Virus record (IMG/VR): IMGVR_UViG_3300032295_003840
Coordinates: 64,001-128,000 of that record
Length of the DNA stretch: 64,000 nucleotides
From: a virus
Taxonomy: Duplodnaviria > Caudoviricetes
Direction: 5' to 3' (one strand)
This document shows positions 1-8,152 of this stretch, one piece after another. A program made the translations under genes and the position numbers. A model generated the notes under the pieces. The model saw only the letters and a list, made by a program, of their open reading frames with translations, ran no database searches and was not told the origin of the DNA. How positions within the stretch are numbered: the first letter of the stretch is position 1; every line of letters begins with the position of its first letter.

Positions 1-692
1 TTGCAAAGCTGATGCCACTCAGTCTTGCTAATATGTATGTGGTTATGCTTATTATAATATCCCAGCAGCTCTGCGTCGGTAGTGCGTTCATCGATTGTAT
101 ATACCGTGGCTGTACCTTCGGCCACAAACCAATGCTCGGCTCGATCCTGATGTCGCTGCATGCTTAATCGTTCGCCAGGATTGACTGTGAGCTCTTTGAC
201 CTTGGTATTGTCACCTACCTCATGCAGTACACGATAATAGCCCCAGGGTCGATCTGTCTTGGGTGCTTTCCATTCTTCCAGGATCCAGCTTGAGCTGTTG
301 GCCTTGTCTTCTCCGCCTACGCCAAATTCAAATACCAGATTGTCATCTTGATAGTCCATTTCAGGAATATTTACTGCGGTACGATCTCCGCCATTGGCAA
401 AAATTAGCTGGGCACTGGGCCACATCAGACGACATTTATGAATGCAGTCCTTGCTGTTGTTGTCATCATCGTTGAACTGCATGACATAATCAACATCTTT
501 CATGGCCTGTATGACCTTGCTGCGTTCAAACCAGGGCATGAAAGGCCGACCCTTTTTACGAGTCAGCCAGGCATCGCTGTTGATGCCTACAATTAATTTG
601 TCGCCCAGACGTCGAGCAGCTCTGATGTAGCTAACATGACCACTGTGCAGAGGATCAAATCCACCAGTAACAATTACAATTTTTTCAGTCAT
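1..692 (-). CDS. HxGH nucleotidyltransferase (cytidylyltransferase/RfaE-like) fused to a C-terminal cupin (mannose-6-phosphate isomerase type II C-terminal-like); 3' end truncated by the window
   Basis: Absent from the ORF track and translated by hand: MTEKIVIVTGGFDPLHSGHVSYI...GINSDAWL.RKKG...ANGGDR...RPWGYY...LSMQRHQDRAEHWFV. The ATG at 692 overlaps the TGA of the upstream gene (ATGA). Confidence 0.85.
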   Translation of the reverse strand, partial: MTEKIVIVTGGFDPLHSGHVSYIRAARRLGDKLIVGINSDAWLTRKKGRPFMPWFERSKVIQAMKDVDYVMQFNDDDNNSKDCIHKCRLMWPSAQLIFANGGDRTAVNIPEMDYQDDNLVFEFGVGGEDKANSSSWILEEWKAPKTDRPWGYYRVLHEVGDNTKVKELTVNPGERLSMQRHQDRAEHWFVAEGTATVYTIDERTTDAELLGYYNKHNHIHISKTEWHQLC

Positions 693-1054
693 GCTGTATA
701 CTCCAGAATTGCACCATTCTCTCCATCCTCAAAGACCTGGATTGTCATGTCGCGACCAGGATAGCGTGCGGCAATGGTCTCAATTAATTCATCGGCAATC
801 ATCTCGCAACTCTTATAGTCGAGCTGCAAAGTATTTTGTTCCCCTGAATACAGTGATTCAAGCCACCTTTTGAATTGAATAAATTCAATGTCTCGGTCGT
901 TGTGCGTGACTGCGATGCGCACCCTGAAATGAAACATATGGCGATGAGGATAACCAAGAAACGAAACATCGGCTAGGGCAGGTTCGGTTAAGGCGGCAGG
1001 ATACTTGTGTATCCCTTCTCTTTGAAAAGTAACTTCAATCCAGCGTTTAATCAT
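689..1054 (-). CDS. queD: QueD-like T-fold protein (6-carboxytetrahydropterin synthase/PTPS-like, phage type)
   Basis: 121 aa with His-rich GIH and HRHMFH motifs, IEF, and SCEMIA (equivalent of PTxENxA); lies in an operon with folE, queE and dpdA. Confidence 0.7.
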   Translation of the reverse strand: MIKRWIEVTFQREGIHKYPAALTEPALADVSFLGYPHRHMFHFRVRIAVTHNDRDIEFIQFKRWLESLYSGEQNTLQLDYKSCEMIADELIETIAARYPGRDMTIQVFEDGENGAILEYTA

Positions 1055-2301
1055 GCGAATAAATCCTCCAGGGTATTGGGCTCAACATATTCTTGCACTG
1101 GTTCTGAATCCATGTAGGGTCCAACGTGCTTCAACCAGTGATCAAAATCCTCAGTAGTCTTAACTGAGTATAAGGCATCAAAGGCATTCCTGTCAAGTCC
1201 TTTGGCAAACTTCAGCACCTCTTGCTGACTCTTGCTGACTCGATCTACCTGTTCGATAAAATTCTTGATAGACGAACTTACATAGGCAACATAGAGCTGC
1301 ATGCTGGGATCGATGCTGCCAAATTTAGTTTCATAGGTACGGCTGCTGTGATTCAGCACATTGTAGAGATCATCTACACTGTACTCAATGAAAGGAAAAT
1401 TACGCTTCATGTCATCCAGCACAATGCGATAGCTGTCGTCAAAGGCACGGGTAAAGGTAAAGGCATAGTCGTTCATGTAGTAACGACCCTGAGTCACGCC
1501 ACTGGTGTGTGTAGTGCTATCATAGCTCATATGCACATCAGCATACATGCCATTCTGAATAAAGATCAGCTGTGGCAGCATTCGATACACACTACCTACT
1601 CCCAGCAAATGCAGGTTACGATGTTCCAGATCTATGGGCAGTTGAGTAAAATAGAATGCACGCTTGATGTCTTCCAGACTGCCTTTGCCCAGCGCGGCCG
1701 CTCCCATGGCTATGCCGCCAATGTGTTTGGTATAACCAGCTGGCAATTCTTCCACGACATACTGAGTCCACTTCATGTATGAGTCATAGTCATTGCCCTG
1801 TGTAATCAACATGGGCTTGGCAGTGGTGCCTTTTTCCAGAAAGAACTCTATTTGTCTTTTAAGGTTCTTGCCAGTTGCACGAGCACAACGCTCAAGATCA
1901 GCACGGTCAAACCTTCGATTGCTAAGATCCAGACGTTCAGACCTACCATTATCAAGAGTGCGTACAGGTATAACATCAAAGCACATAGCCACATCGCTAT
2001 TTTCAGCTTGATTGGCATAGACTTCCTCCTTGAGCTCTTCTGTGATGGTGCGGCCCAGCGTCACCATCTGCAGTCCACCAGAGTCGGCATGGATGTTGTG
2101 TACTAGACCGCGATAATGGGAGCCGCACCAACGGCCAGGTCTCTTCTCAGTATAGGCATTGTACAGTAAACTGATCTTATGATTGTGCTGATCGTTGAGA
2201 CTGCCAAAGGTGCGGGTGAACCAGTCCAGGTTCTGTGGTGCCAGACTTTCTTGATACATCAATTTAAAGTAACTGGTACCACTGGCTACGTATTCAAACA
2301 T
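1051..2301 (-). CDS. dpdA: DpdA-like 7-deazaguanine DNA transglycosylase (TGT fold)
   Basis: TGT-family motifs DSGGLQ, MCFD, TQG, GIAMG, HLLGVG and SYDSTT; no CxCxxC zinc site; clustered with preQ0 pathway genes. Confidence 0.8.
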   Translation of the reverse strand: MFEYVASGTSYFKLMYQESLAPQNLDWFTRTFGSLNDQHNHKISLLYNAYTEKRPGRWCGSHYRGLVHNIHADSGGLQMVTLGRTITEELKEEVYANQAENSDVAMCFDVIPVRTLDNGRSERLDLSNRRFDRADLERCARATGKNLKRQIEFFLEKGTTAKPMLITQGNDYDSYMKWTQYVVEELPAGYTKHIGGIAMGAAALGKGSLEDIKRAFYFTQLPIDLEHRNLHLLGVGSVYRMLPQLIFIQNGMYADVHMSYDSTTHTSGVTQGRYYMNDYAFTFTRAFDDSYRIVLDDMKRNFPFIEYSVDDLYNVLNHSSRTYETKFGSIDPSMQLYVAYVSSSIKNFIEQVDRVSKSQQEVLKFAKGLDRNAFDALYSVKTTEDFDHWLKHVGPYMDSEPVQEYVEPNTLEDLFA

Positions 2302-2302
2302 A

Positions 2303-2806
2303 TTAACTTCCCAGAATTTTTATTAGGTGCTTGGTTTGTGTGATGGCGTCGTCAAGTGCATTATGATATGTTCCTTCACGTTTGTCAATGGGGATGTTGA
2401 CGATGTTCTTCATGGTGCGATAGCAACGATCTTCCCAGGGCAACCAAGGCCGCTTTCTGTCCAGAGCCTTGTAGGCACAGTCCAGGATTACATTATCAAA
2501 ACCAGCACCATTGCCCCAGGTAGGCAAACTCTTGTTGCCATACCAGGCCTCGAAGTTGGTCAGTGCTTCTTCCAGACTTAGATTATCTTTGAGCAAGGCA
2601 GCGCGAGCTTCTTTGCTTTGCTTTTGCCACCACTCCAGGGTGGACTTTTCAAAGTGCAGTCCTGCTTCTTTGCAGGTTGCAGGATCAATGGTGCAGTAAA
2701 AGGTGTCGACGATCTCACCGTCTTGCCATTTAACTGCACCAATGCTGGCAATGGCGGCATTGGGCCTGGTACTGTAGGTCTCCAGGTCAATCATTACGTT
2801 TATCAC
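2303..2806 (-). CDS. DEDDh 3'-5' exonuclease (T4 DexA/DUF5051-like)
   Basis: MIDLET, WGNGAGFD and HNALDDA motifs. Confidence 0.85.
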   Translation of the reverse strand: MINVMIDLETYSTRPNAAIASIGAVKWQDGEIVDTFYCTIDPATCKEAGLHFEKSTLEWWQKQSKEARAALLKDNLSLEEALTNFEAWYGNKSLPTWGNGAGFDNVILDCAYKALDRKRPWLPWEDRCYRTMKNIVNIPIDKREGTYHNALDDAITQTKHLIKILGS

Positions 2807-2807
2807 G

Positions 2808-3014
2808 TTACACCCAGCGCCAGTAGATTGGATGTTCTTTGTCTTCAGGCAATTCGCGATGCTTGATCTTGTTTTGCTGTAACCAGGTACTGAGCAGCAT
2901 TTCTACGCTGCTGCCATGCTGCTTGGCATGCTGCCGTGCCATTTTAGGAATGCCATACCACTTGGCCAGGACCTTGTCCCAGCGACGCTGTACTCGTTGA
3001 CGTTTGTTCTTCAT
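2808..3014 (-). CDS. Small basic hypothetical protein
   Basis: 68 aa packed between neighbours (ATGA overlap upstream, 1-bp gap downstream), with GGAG RBS. Confidence 0.6.
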   Translation of the reverse strand: MKNKRQRVQRRWDKVLAKWYGIPKMARQHAKQHGSSVEMLLSTWLQQNKIKHRELPEDKEHPIYWRWV

Positions 3015-3286
3015 TGTATCTCCTCAAAGATGGTGCTCCAGCGTTGAAGTTTGCTGTACTTGGTGCGGGTAGCATTACGCAAAAATTCAGGGTCTATTAA
3101 TCCATTGCTCTGCATGAGTTCAATCATGCACACCAGATCGCCAACTTCTTCTTCCAGACGTTCACGATTGGTTTTATTGTCATAGGTTTCATCCAGGCCA
3201 AATCTGAATATTTTGCTGATGACCTGACTTACCTCAGCACATTCTTCCTGCGCGATTAGCAGGATTTCGCGTTGTTTATTGTTCAT
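3011..3286 (-). CDS. MazG-like nucleotide pyrophosphohydrolase
   Basis: EECAE...EEVGD acidic motifs of the all-alpha NTP-PPase fold. Confidence 0.8.
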   Translation of the reverse strand: MNNKQREILLIAQEECAEVSQVISKIFRFGLDETYDNKTNRERLEEEVGDLVCMIELMQSNGLIDPEFLRNATRTKYSKLQRWSTIFEEIQ

Positions 3287-3960
3287 TTCATTTTAGCCAC
3301 AATGTCATAAAATTCTTTTTTCAGACTTTTGTCTGTCTGAAACTTGCCGCGCATGATGGCAGTAGTCATGTCGCTCTCATGCTCCTTGACACCGCGATGA
3401 GTCATGCAGTGGTGTTCAGCCTGCACCAGTACAGCTACGCCTTCGGCCTCGGTTTCCTTCTCAATGGCGTCGGCAATCTGCACTGTCATTTCTTCCTGGA
3501 TTTGAGGACGGCTGGCAATCCAATCCGCGATGCGATTGAACTTACTAAGTCCAATGACGTTCTTTCCAGGATAGACTCCGATATAGGCACGCCCCACAAT
3601 ATTTTGGAAGTGATGAGCACACGTAGAGCGGATTGTGATAGGTCCTGTGACGTAGAGTTGATCGTATTCTGTGACATTAGGAAAAGCAGTTACTTTAGGA
3701 GGGTTCTTGTATCGGCCGCCAAAGGTTTCATGAACAAACATCTTGGCCACTCGTCGTGCTGTGTCTTGTGTATTATGATCATTATCAGTGTCAATGATTA
3801 GACTATTTAGTACGCCTTGAAACTGACAGGCTACTTCGTCTACCAGACGTTCGACTTCTTCTTCGGTTTCGATGAAGCCACTGATGTTGTCATTGCTAAA
3901 GTATCGTCCGCCACCATTCTTGATGCGCTCACGAATCACTTCACTGATATTTCTTTCCAT
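3283..3960 (-). CDS. folE: GTP cyclohydrolase I
   Basis: DTARRVAKM, STCAHH, GLSK..R, RPQIQE and HHCMTHRGV motifs; ATG at 3960 follows AAGGA. Confidence 0.97.
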   Translation of the reverse strand: MERNISEVIRERIKNGGGRYFSNDNISGFIETEEEVERLVDEVACQFQGVLNSLIIDTDNDHNTQDTARRVAKMFVHETFGGRYKNPPKVTAFPNVTEYDQLYVTGPITIRSTCAHHFQNIVGRAYIGVYPGKNVIGLSKFNRIADWIASRPQIQEEMTVQIADAIEKETEAEGVAVLVQAEHHCMTHRGVKEHESDMTTAIMRGKFQTDKSLKKEFYDIVAKMK

Positions 3961-3962
3961 GT

Positions 3963-4211
3963 TCAAATCCTTTTAAAAAATTTATCTAGCCATAGTATGA
4001 CATTTTTATACCATCGTGTCAATAGCCTGTCGCGTTTTCTCAGAGTCCAGCTACCATCATGGTTGTCTATCCATTCCAGAGTGTCGCCGATCTTCCAATC
4101 TAAATCACGCAGTATTTCAGAAGGCAAGGGTACTACATAGTCACCAGTCTCATTATCATATTCGACTGTGGCAGTCCAGCTCTTATTTTCCAATGACGTT
4201 TCCAAAGACAT
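3963..4211 (-). CDS. AbrB/MazE/SpoVT-like DNA-binding protein
   Basis: YVVPLPSEILRDLDWKIGDTLEW...GSWTLRK swapped-hairpin pattern. Confidence 0.7.
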   Translation of the reverse strand: MSLETSLENKSWTATVEYDNETGDYVVPLPSEILRDLDWKIGDTLEWIDNHDGSWTLRKRDRLLTRWYKNVILWLDKFFKRI

Positions 4212-5094
4212 AGCAATGATTCCTTGTAGCTATTTGATAACCGCGACGCATGGCCTCCAAACAGATATCAGCAACCGCCGCATTTTCCTGCGAGTCCTTG
4301 GTGGCACCCACAGGCATGATCCAGACGTCAGGACAGTAATAACTGTTCTGACCGAACAATCTTTGCAGTCTATCAACATGGCCATCTAGCTCGGCCCAGT
4401 TGTCCGCACTGCCATTGCAGACAAACTTCAATACACCAGTGCTGAAGGTTTCAGTGACATAGTTAAAAATAACATCGTCTTTGACTGCATCTTTTTCACC
4501 TGCCACGGTCCAGAGTTTAGGACTCATGGCCCAGTGCCAACGACTACCGCCTTCTTGTGCAAATTCTTCGTTGATGAATTCACGCAGATCATCAGTCAGG
4601 GCCTTGGTGGCATTGGTCTCTACTGTGACAGTGCGGGGCAGCTGATCTCGAGCCTTGAGTTCACGCAGGATGGCCAGCATGGCCTTTTGCCACATCATGG
4701 GCTCACCGCCAGTAAAGCAAAGCTGAGTATCCTGACCAGTTACTGGATGAACCCAGTCACCTCGGGGATTGCTGCTATGACGCATCTGATCAATGAGCTT
4801 GTCACAGACCGCGGCAGCGTCGTCATCGTGCGCCAGGTGTTTGTATTTAGCACTCCAGCTGTAGCTAGAGTCACAGCCATGATCCCATACAGGTAAGTCT
4901 TCGATCTTCTTTACCTTGCTGACATCAAAGCTGGCATAAGGCAAGACATAGGTTGCGGGATTGGTTGGATCCATCTGACCAAATCCATTGCATTCTAGAT
5001 TGCATCCAAAGAACCTTAGCCAGACGCTGGGCTTGCCAGCCAACTCGGCCTCGCCTTGAAAACTATAGAAGATTTCTGAGTAACGAATTTTCAT
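4183..5094 (-). CDS. queE: 7-carboxy-7-deazaguanine synthase (radical SAM)
   Basis: EIFYSFQGEA, RFFGCNLEC...GCDS, FTGGEP, ETNAT, SPKL and IMPVG motifs; ATG at 5094 after a GGAG RBS. Confidence 0.93.
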   Translation of the reverse strand: MKIRYSEIFYSFQGEAELAGKPSVWLRFFGCNLECNGFGQMDPTNPATYVLPYASFDVSKVKKIEDLPVWDHGCDSSYSWSAKYKHLAHDDDAAAVCDKLIDQMRHSSNPRGDWVHPVTGQDTQLCFTGGEPMMWQKAMLAILRELKARDQLPRTVTVETNATKALTDDLREFINEEFAQEGGSRWHWAMSPKLWTVAGEKDAVKDDVIFNYVTETFSTGVLKFVCNGSADNWAELDGHVDRLQRLFGQNSYYCPDVWIMPVGATKDSQENAAVADICLEAMRRGYQIATRNHCYVFGNVIGK

Positions 5095-5121
5095 GCCAAC
5101 TCCATTCAAGATAATACTGCC

Positions 5122-5150
5122 AGTATATTATAGTTCAGTGTCAGGGTCAA
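5122..5150 (-). promoter_or_regulatory. sigma70-type promoter of the deazaguanine operon
   Basis: Minus strand TTGACC (5150-5145), 17-bp spacer, TATACT (5127-5122), just upstream of queE. Confidence 0.7.
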
Positions 5151-5703
5151 TAGTTGATTCTTCGTTCTTTTTCTTTTTTATTGCGGCTTTGGTGGCGGGA
5201 CTGACGACCTTTTCGTAATCATAGCCGTCCAGCTGATTTTTGAGATACTCCAGAAACTGATTCTGAAACTCACCGTTGTCCTGTTCCTGTGTAATGAGTT
5301 CATTGAGATCCAGTTGATCGATGTAGCGATACTTGGTCTGCAGCATTTTCTTTTCCTTCTGAATGCGTCTAATGAAGGCAAAGTAGGTAATCTGAGTAAA
5401 GTAGGCAAATGGATTTTTTGACTTGGCAGGATCAAAGTTGTTCACCACAGCCAGACAGTTCTCAATGGCGTCTGAGATCATTTCATCCTTGTAGCTATAA
5501 TTAATGAAGTTCGATTTATAGCTTAGATGGCGAGCGATTTTGATGAAACAGTCACCCAGGTAATTGCTGATGGGCGGTGGTTCGGTGCCAGCGGCTCGGG
5601 CAGTCTGCACGGCTTCGCGATGTTCCAACAATGCAGCCAGAAAGGCCTGATTATCGATATAATGATTGGCCGCAGCCTTGGTGGGTTTTGTCTGTGTTTC
5701 CAT
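5128..5703 (-). CDS. gp55: T4-like late transcription sigma factor
   Basis: HYIDN..FL, NFINYSYKDEMISDAIENCL and NPFAYFTQI..FAFIRRIQKEKK motifs. Confidence 0.96.
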   Translation of the reverse strand: METQTKPTKAAANHYIDNQAFLAALLEHREAVQTARAAGTEPPPISNYLGDCFIKIARHLSYKSNFINYSYKDEMISDAIENCLAVVNNFDPAKSKNPFAYFTQITYFAFIRRIQKEKKMLQTKYRYIDQLDLNELITQEQDNGEFQNQFLEYLKNQLDGYDYEKVVSPATKAAIKKKKNEESTIDPDTEL

Positions 5704-5737
5704 GTTACCTCATTTCAATTTAAATTCATGAATGCTA

Positions 5738-5766
5738 TTGACAGCCATTGACACTGGCTCTATAAT
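5738..5766 (+). promoter_or_regulatory. Perfect-consensus sigma70 promoter oriented antisense to the uvsY-uvsW unit
   Basis: TTGACA (5738-5743), 17-bp spacer, TATAAT (5761-5766) in the intergenic gap upstream of gp55. Confidence 0.75.
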
Positions 5767-5780
5767 CACGGTGTGGTCAG

Positions 5781-6197
5781 TTAATGAACCATTTTATGTT
5801 TGAACTCCTGCAATGCCTGCAGTAACTCTTCATCTTCTTCTGTGAACTGTGCTTCATCGACGACTGCCTGCTGTTCATCTTCCTGACGTTGTTCCTGAAA
5901 GTGTTCCAAGAAGCTTTCATAGCGGATCGCAGCAGCAGGCAACATGGCCGTGATGCTAAAAATATGATCAGCATTGAGTTCAACTTTTTCAGTTTCTCCT
6001 ATGGGCATCATAGGCATCATGCTAATGGTTTCAACCAACTCACCATCTGAATCCAGATATTTAAAACTGTTGAATATTACTGGATTGTTCACAGTAATAA
6101 ATTTTGACGTCATGACATCCTGTGTAGTAATGTCATTGTCAGTGCTGCAGGCCATGAGCTCGCCATTTTTTAATTTTACAGCTTTATAGTAGATCAT
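5781..6197 (-). CDS. Conserved T4-like hypothetical protein between uvsW and gp55 (Sm-like N-terminus)
   Basis: VKLKNGELMA start and acidic tail ending KMVH; ATGA-coupled to uvsW; typical synteny. Confidence 0.7.
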   Translation of the reverse strand: MIYYKAVKLKNGELMACSTDNDITTQDVMTSKFITVNNPVIFNSFKYLDSDGELVETISMMPMMPIGETEKVELNADHIFSITAMLPAAAIRYESFLEHFQEQRQEDEQQAVVDEAQFTEEDEELLQALQEFKHKMVH

Positions 6198-7675
6198 TGT
6201 AGCGGCACCTCGGTTAGTTTGTAATCAAAACCTTCATCGTTGTAGATACGAATTCTTTCTGCCATGTGCAACAGAGTGAAGTTCTTTTTACTCTTGTGGC
6301 TCAGGTCATCTCCAATATCAAACAACTTGCAACGATCCTTGCTGTCCGAAGTTCTCAGACCGCGTCCTATACTCTGCAGGTTTCTAATACGACTTTTGCT
6401 GGGGCTGGCAAAGACAATATTATGCAGGTTCCGTATATTTATACCTGTGGAAAATGTGCCGTAGCTGGCCACAATTATGGCATCTTTTTCCTGCTCAGTA
6501 ATGCGACGAACCTGTTCACGCTGCTCTGTGTCGGTACCGCCATAGACAAAGAACACCTGACGCCCATCGGCTGCACGCGCAGCAATCATCTCATGCAGAG
6601 CCTTGCCATGTTTCTCCACATACTGGAACAGCACCAGTGTGTTGCCTGTCTGAGCCAAGGCCAGATTACGAATAAATCGATTGCGAGCTGGATGCGTTAC
6701 CAGCCAGTCCATTTCTTCCTGATAGGTAAAACTGCGCACTGCCTTACAATCTTCTTCGGAATACTTCATGATTAAGCACTGTATCTCCAGATCCGCCAGC
6801 TGCTGATTTTTAATCAGCGACTTGGTGGTGGTTACTCTGTGTACTGCGCCAAAGATGCCTTCCAAGATCAGCTTATGAGTCTTGCTATCATCCAAGGTAC
6901 CTGTGGTGCCAATGCGATATGCACAGTCAGGCATTTTATTTAGTATGCCAGTCAGACTCTGTGCTTTGAACAGATGTGCTTCATCGCCTATGACTACATC
7001 ATACTTCTCAAAAAACTTTTTCGGTAACTTGTAGAGACTTTGCCAGGTGCTGATGGTGATGTCAAACTCTGCGGCCTTGTCGGCACCAGCATAGATTCTG
7101 TGTACGTGTTCACTGGTGCGCCAGCCATTGGCTGAACTGTAGTCCTGGAAGTCTGAATATAACTGTTCTACCAGACTGGTGGTGGGTACCAGTATTAGTA
7201 TTCTGCGTCCCTGATTTAAATGATAGCGTATCAGTCCATAGATGATTAAACTCTTGCCACTGCCTGTGGGGCTGAGCAGCAAGGCACGATGATGGTGTAT
7301 GGCATGTCGGACTGCGTCGATCTGATAGTCGCGAATGTCTATGGGCTTGCCATGACCCTGCAGATCCAGACTCTGTAAAAACTCCTGCACATCAATATAG
7401 GGCTCGGGCAAAGCCGTGCGCTGATCAACAACTCGGTATTGATTCTGCTCGGCAAATAACTTTACATAGGGTATTAGACCAACATAGAGTTCTTGTCTGA
7501 ACAAATTGAACAGACGTATTTTTCCATCCCAGAGCTTGGCACGAAACTGCGGCATGAAGCGTGCGCCAGGTTGCTCAAAGGTAAAGTAGTCCGACAGTTC
7601 CTGCAGTATGCTGACATCGTCAGAATTGATTCTGCAGTATACCTGATCTTTTTCTAGTATGGTTATTTCAGACAT
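6194..7675 (-). CDS. uvsW: UvsW SF2 RNA-DNA/DNA-DNA helicase
   Basis: WDGKIRL, RDYQ, SPTGSGKS, DEAH, TTGT and QSIGRGLR motifs. Confidence 0.97.
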   Translation of the reverse strand: MSEITILEKDQVYCRINSDDVSILQELSDYFTFEQPGARFMPQFRAKLWDGKIRLFNLFRQELYVGLIPYVKLFAEQNQYRVVDQRTALPEPYIDVQEFLQSLDLQGHGKPIDIRDYQIDAVRHAIHHHRALLLSPTGSGKSLIIYGLIRYHLNQGRRILILVPTTSLVEQLYSDFQDYSSANGWRTSEHVHRIYAGADKAAEFDITISTWQSLYKLPKKFFEKYDVVIGDEAHLFKAQSLTGILNKMPDCAYRIGTTGTLDDSKTHKLILEGIFGAVHRVTTTKSLIKNQQLADLEIQCLIMKYSEEDCKAVRSFTYQEEMDWLVTHPARNRFIRNLALAQTGNTLVLFQYVEKHGKALHEMIAARAADGRQVFFVYGGTDTEQREQVRRITEQEKDAIIVASYGTFSTGINIRNLHNIVFASPSKSRIRNLQSIGRGLRTSDSKDRCKLFDIGDDLSHKSKKNFTLLHMAERIRIYNDEGFDYKLTEVPLQ

Positions 7676-8115
7676 TACATCAATCCATTGGTAAATTTAG
7701 TCCACTCAATGCTGTTCTTGATATCCCAGGTACGGCTATGCAGACTCTTTAAGATACTTTCCAGCTGCACCAGCACAGTTTTAAGATATTCCAGTTTGTC
7801 CTGTGCTGTGATTAAATCTTCGTCGGTCTGCAGGAACTCATCCATTTCATTCTTGATGGGCTTGACTCCCTGGTACTGACCCCAGCCCAGTGCCTCCAGC
7901 TCGTCGCGAGTGAGCTCGCCACGGAAATACCGATACTTGATGCGACGAAGTTTGAGATAGTCTGACTCGGCTTTGCGATGCTGCAGCTTGGCCGACGTCA
8001 ATAGATTGAGATACTTGGCGTGTAGTTCGGGTGTGCGGGCAGCAGCTCGACCCAGATTGGTTTCATCGATCTTGCTGTCCTTGGCCCAGTTTTCTTGTAG
8101 TTCAGTAAGTTTCAT
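7675..8115 (-). CDS. uvsY: UvsY recombination mediator
   Basis: W.KDSKID, P.LHAKYL and RTWDIKNSIEW.KF motifs; adjacent to uvsW. Confidence 0.92.
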   Translation of the reverse strand: MKLTELQENWAKDSKIDETNLGRAAARTPELHAKYLNLLTSAKLQHRKAESDYLKLRRIKYRYFRGELTRDELEALGWGQYQGVKPIKNEMDEFLQTDEDLITAQDKLEYLKTVLVQLESILKSLHSRTWDIKNSIEWTKFTNGLM

Positions 8116-8125
8116 AATAACTCCG

Positions 8126-8152
8126 ATTCAGATACATTCATTATATCTGAAT
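8126..8152. repeat. 9-bp perfect inverted repeat overlapping the uvsY promoter -10/+1 region
   Basis: ATTCAGATA (8126-8134), 9 nt, TATCTGAAT (8144-8152). Confidence 0.8.

Noticed and set aside
1051-2301. tRNA-guanine transglycosylase (queuosine tRNA modification)
   Set aside because: It lacks the TGT zinc-binding Cys motif, no queA/queG/queF or tRNA genes are in the window, and the context fits DNA-acting DpdA better. Not formally excluded.
3963-4211. MazE-MazF toxin-antitoxin pair with MazG
   Set aside because: No MazF/PemK or VapC-like toxin is adjacent; the neighbours are queE and folE.
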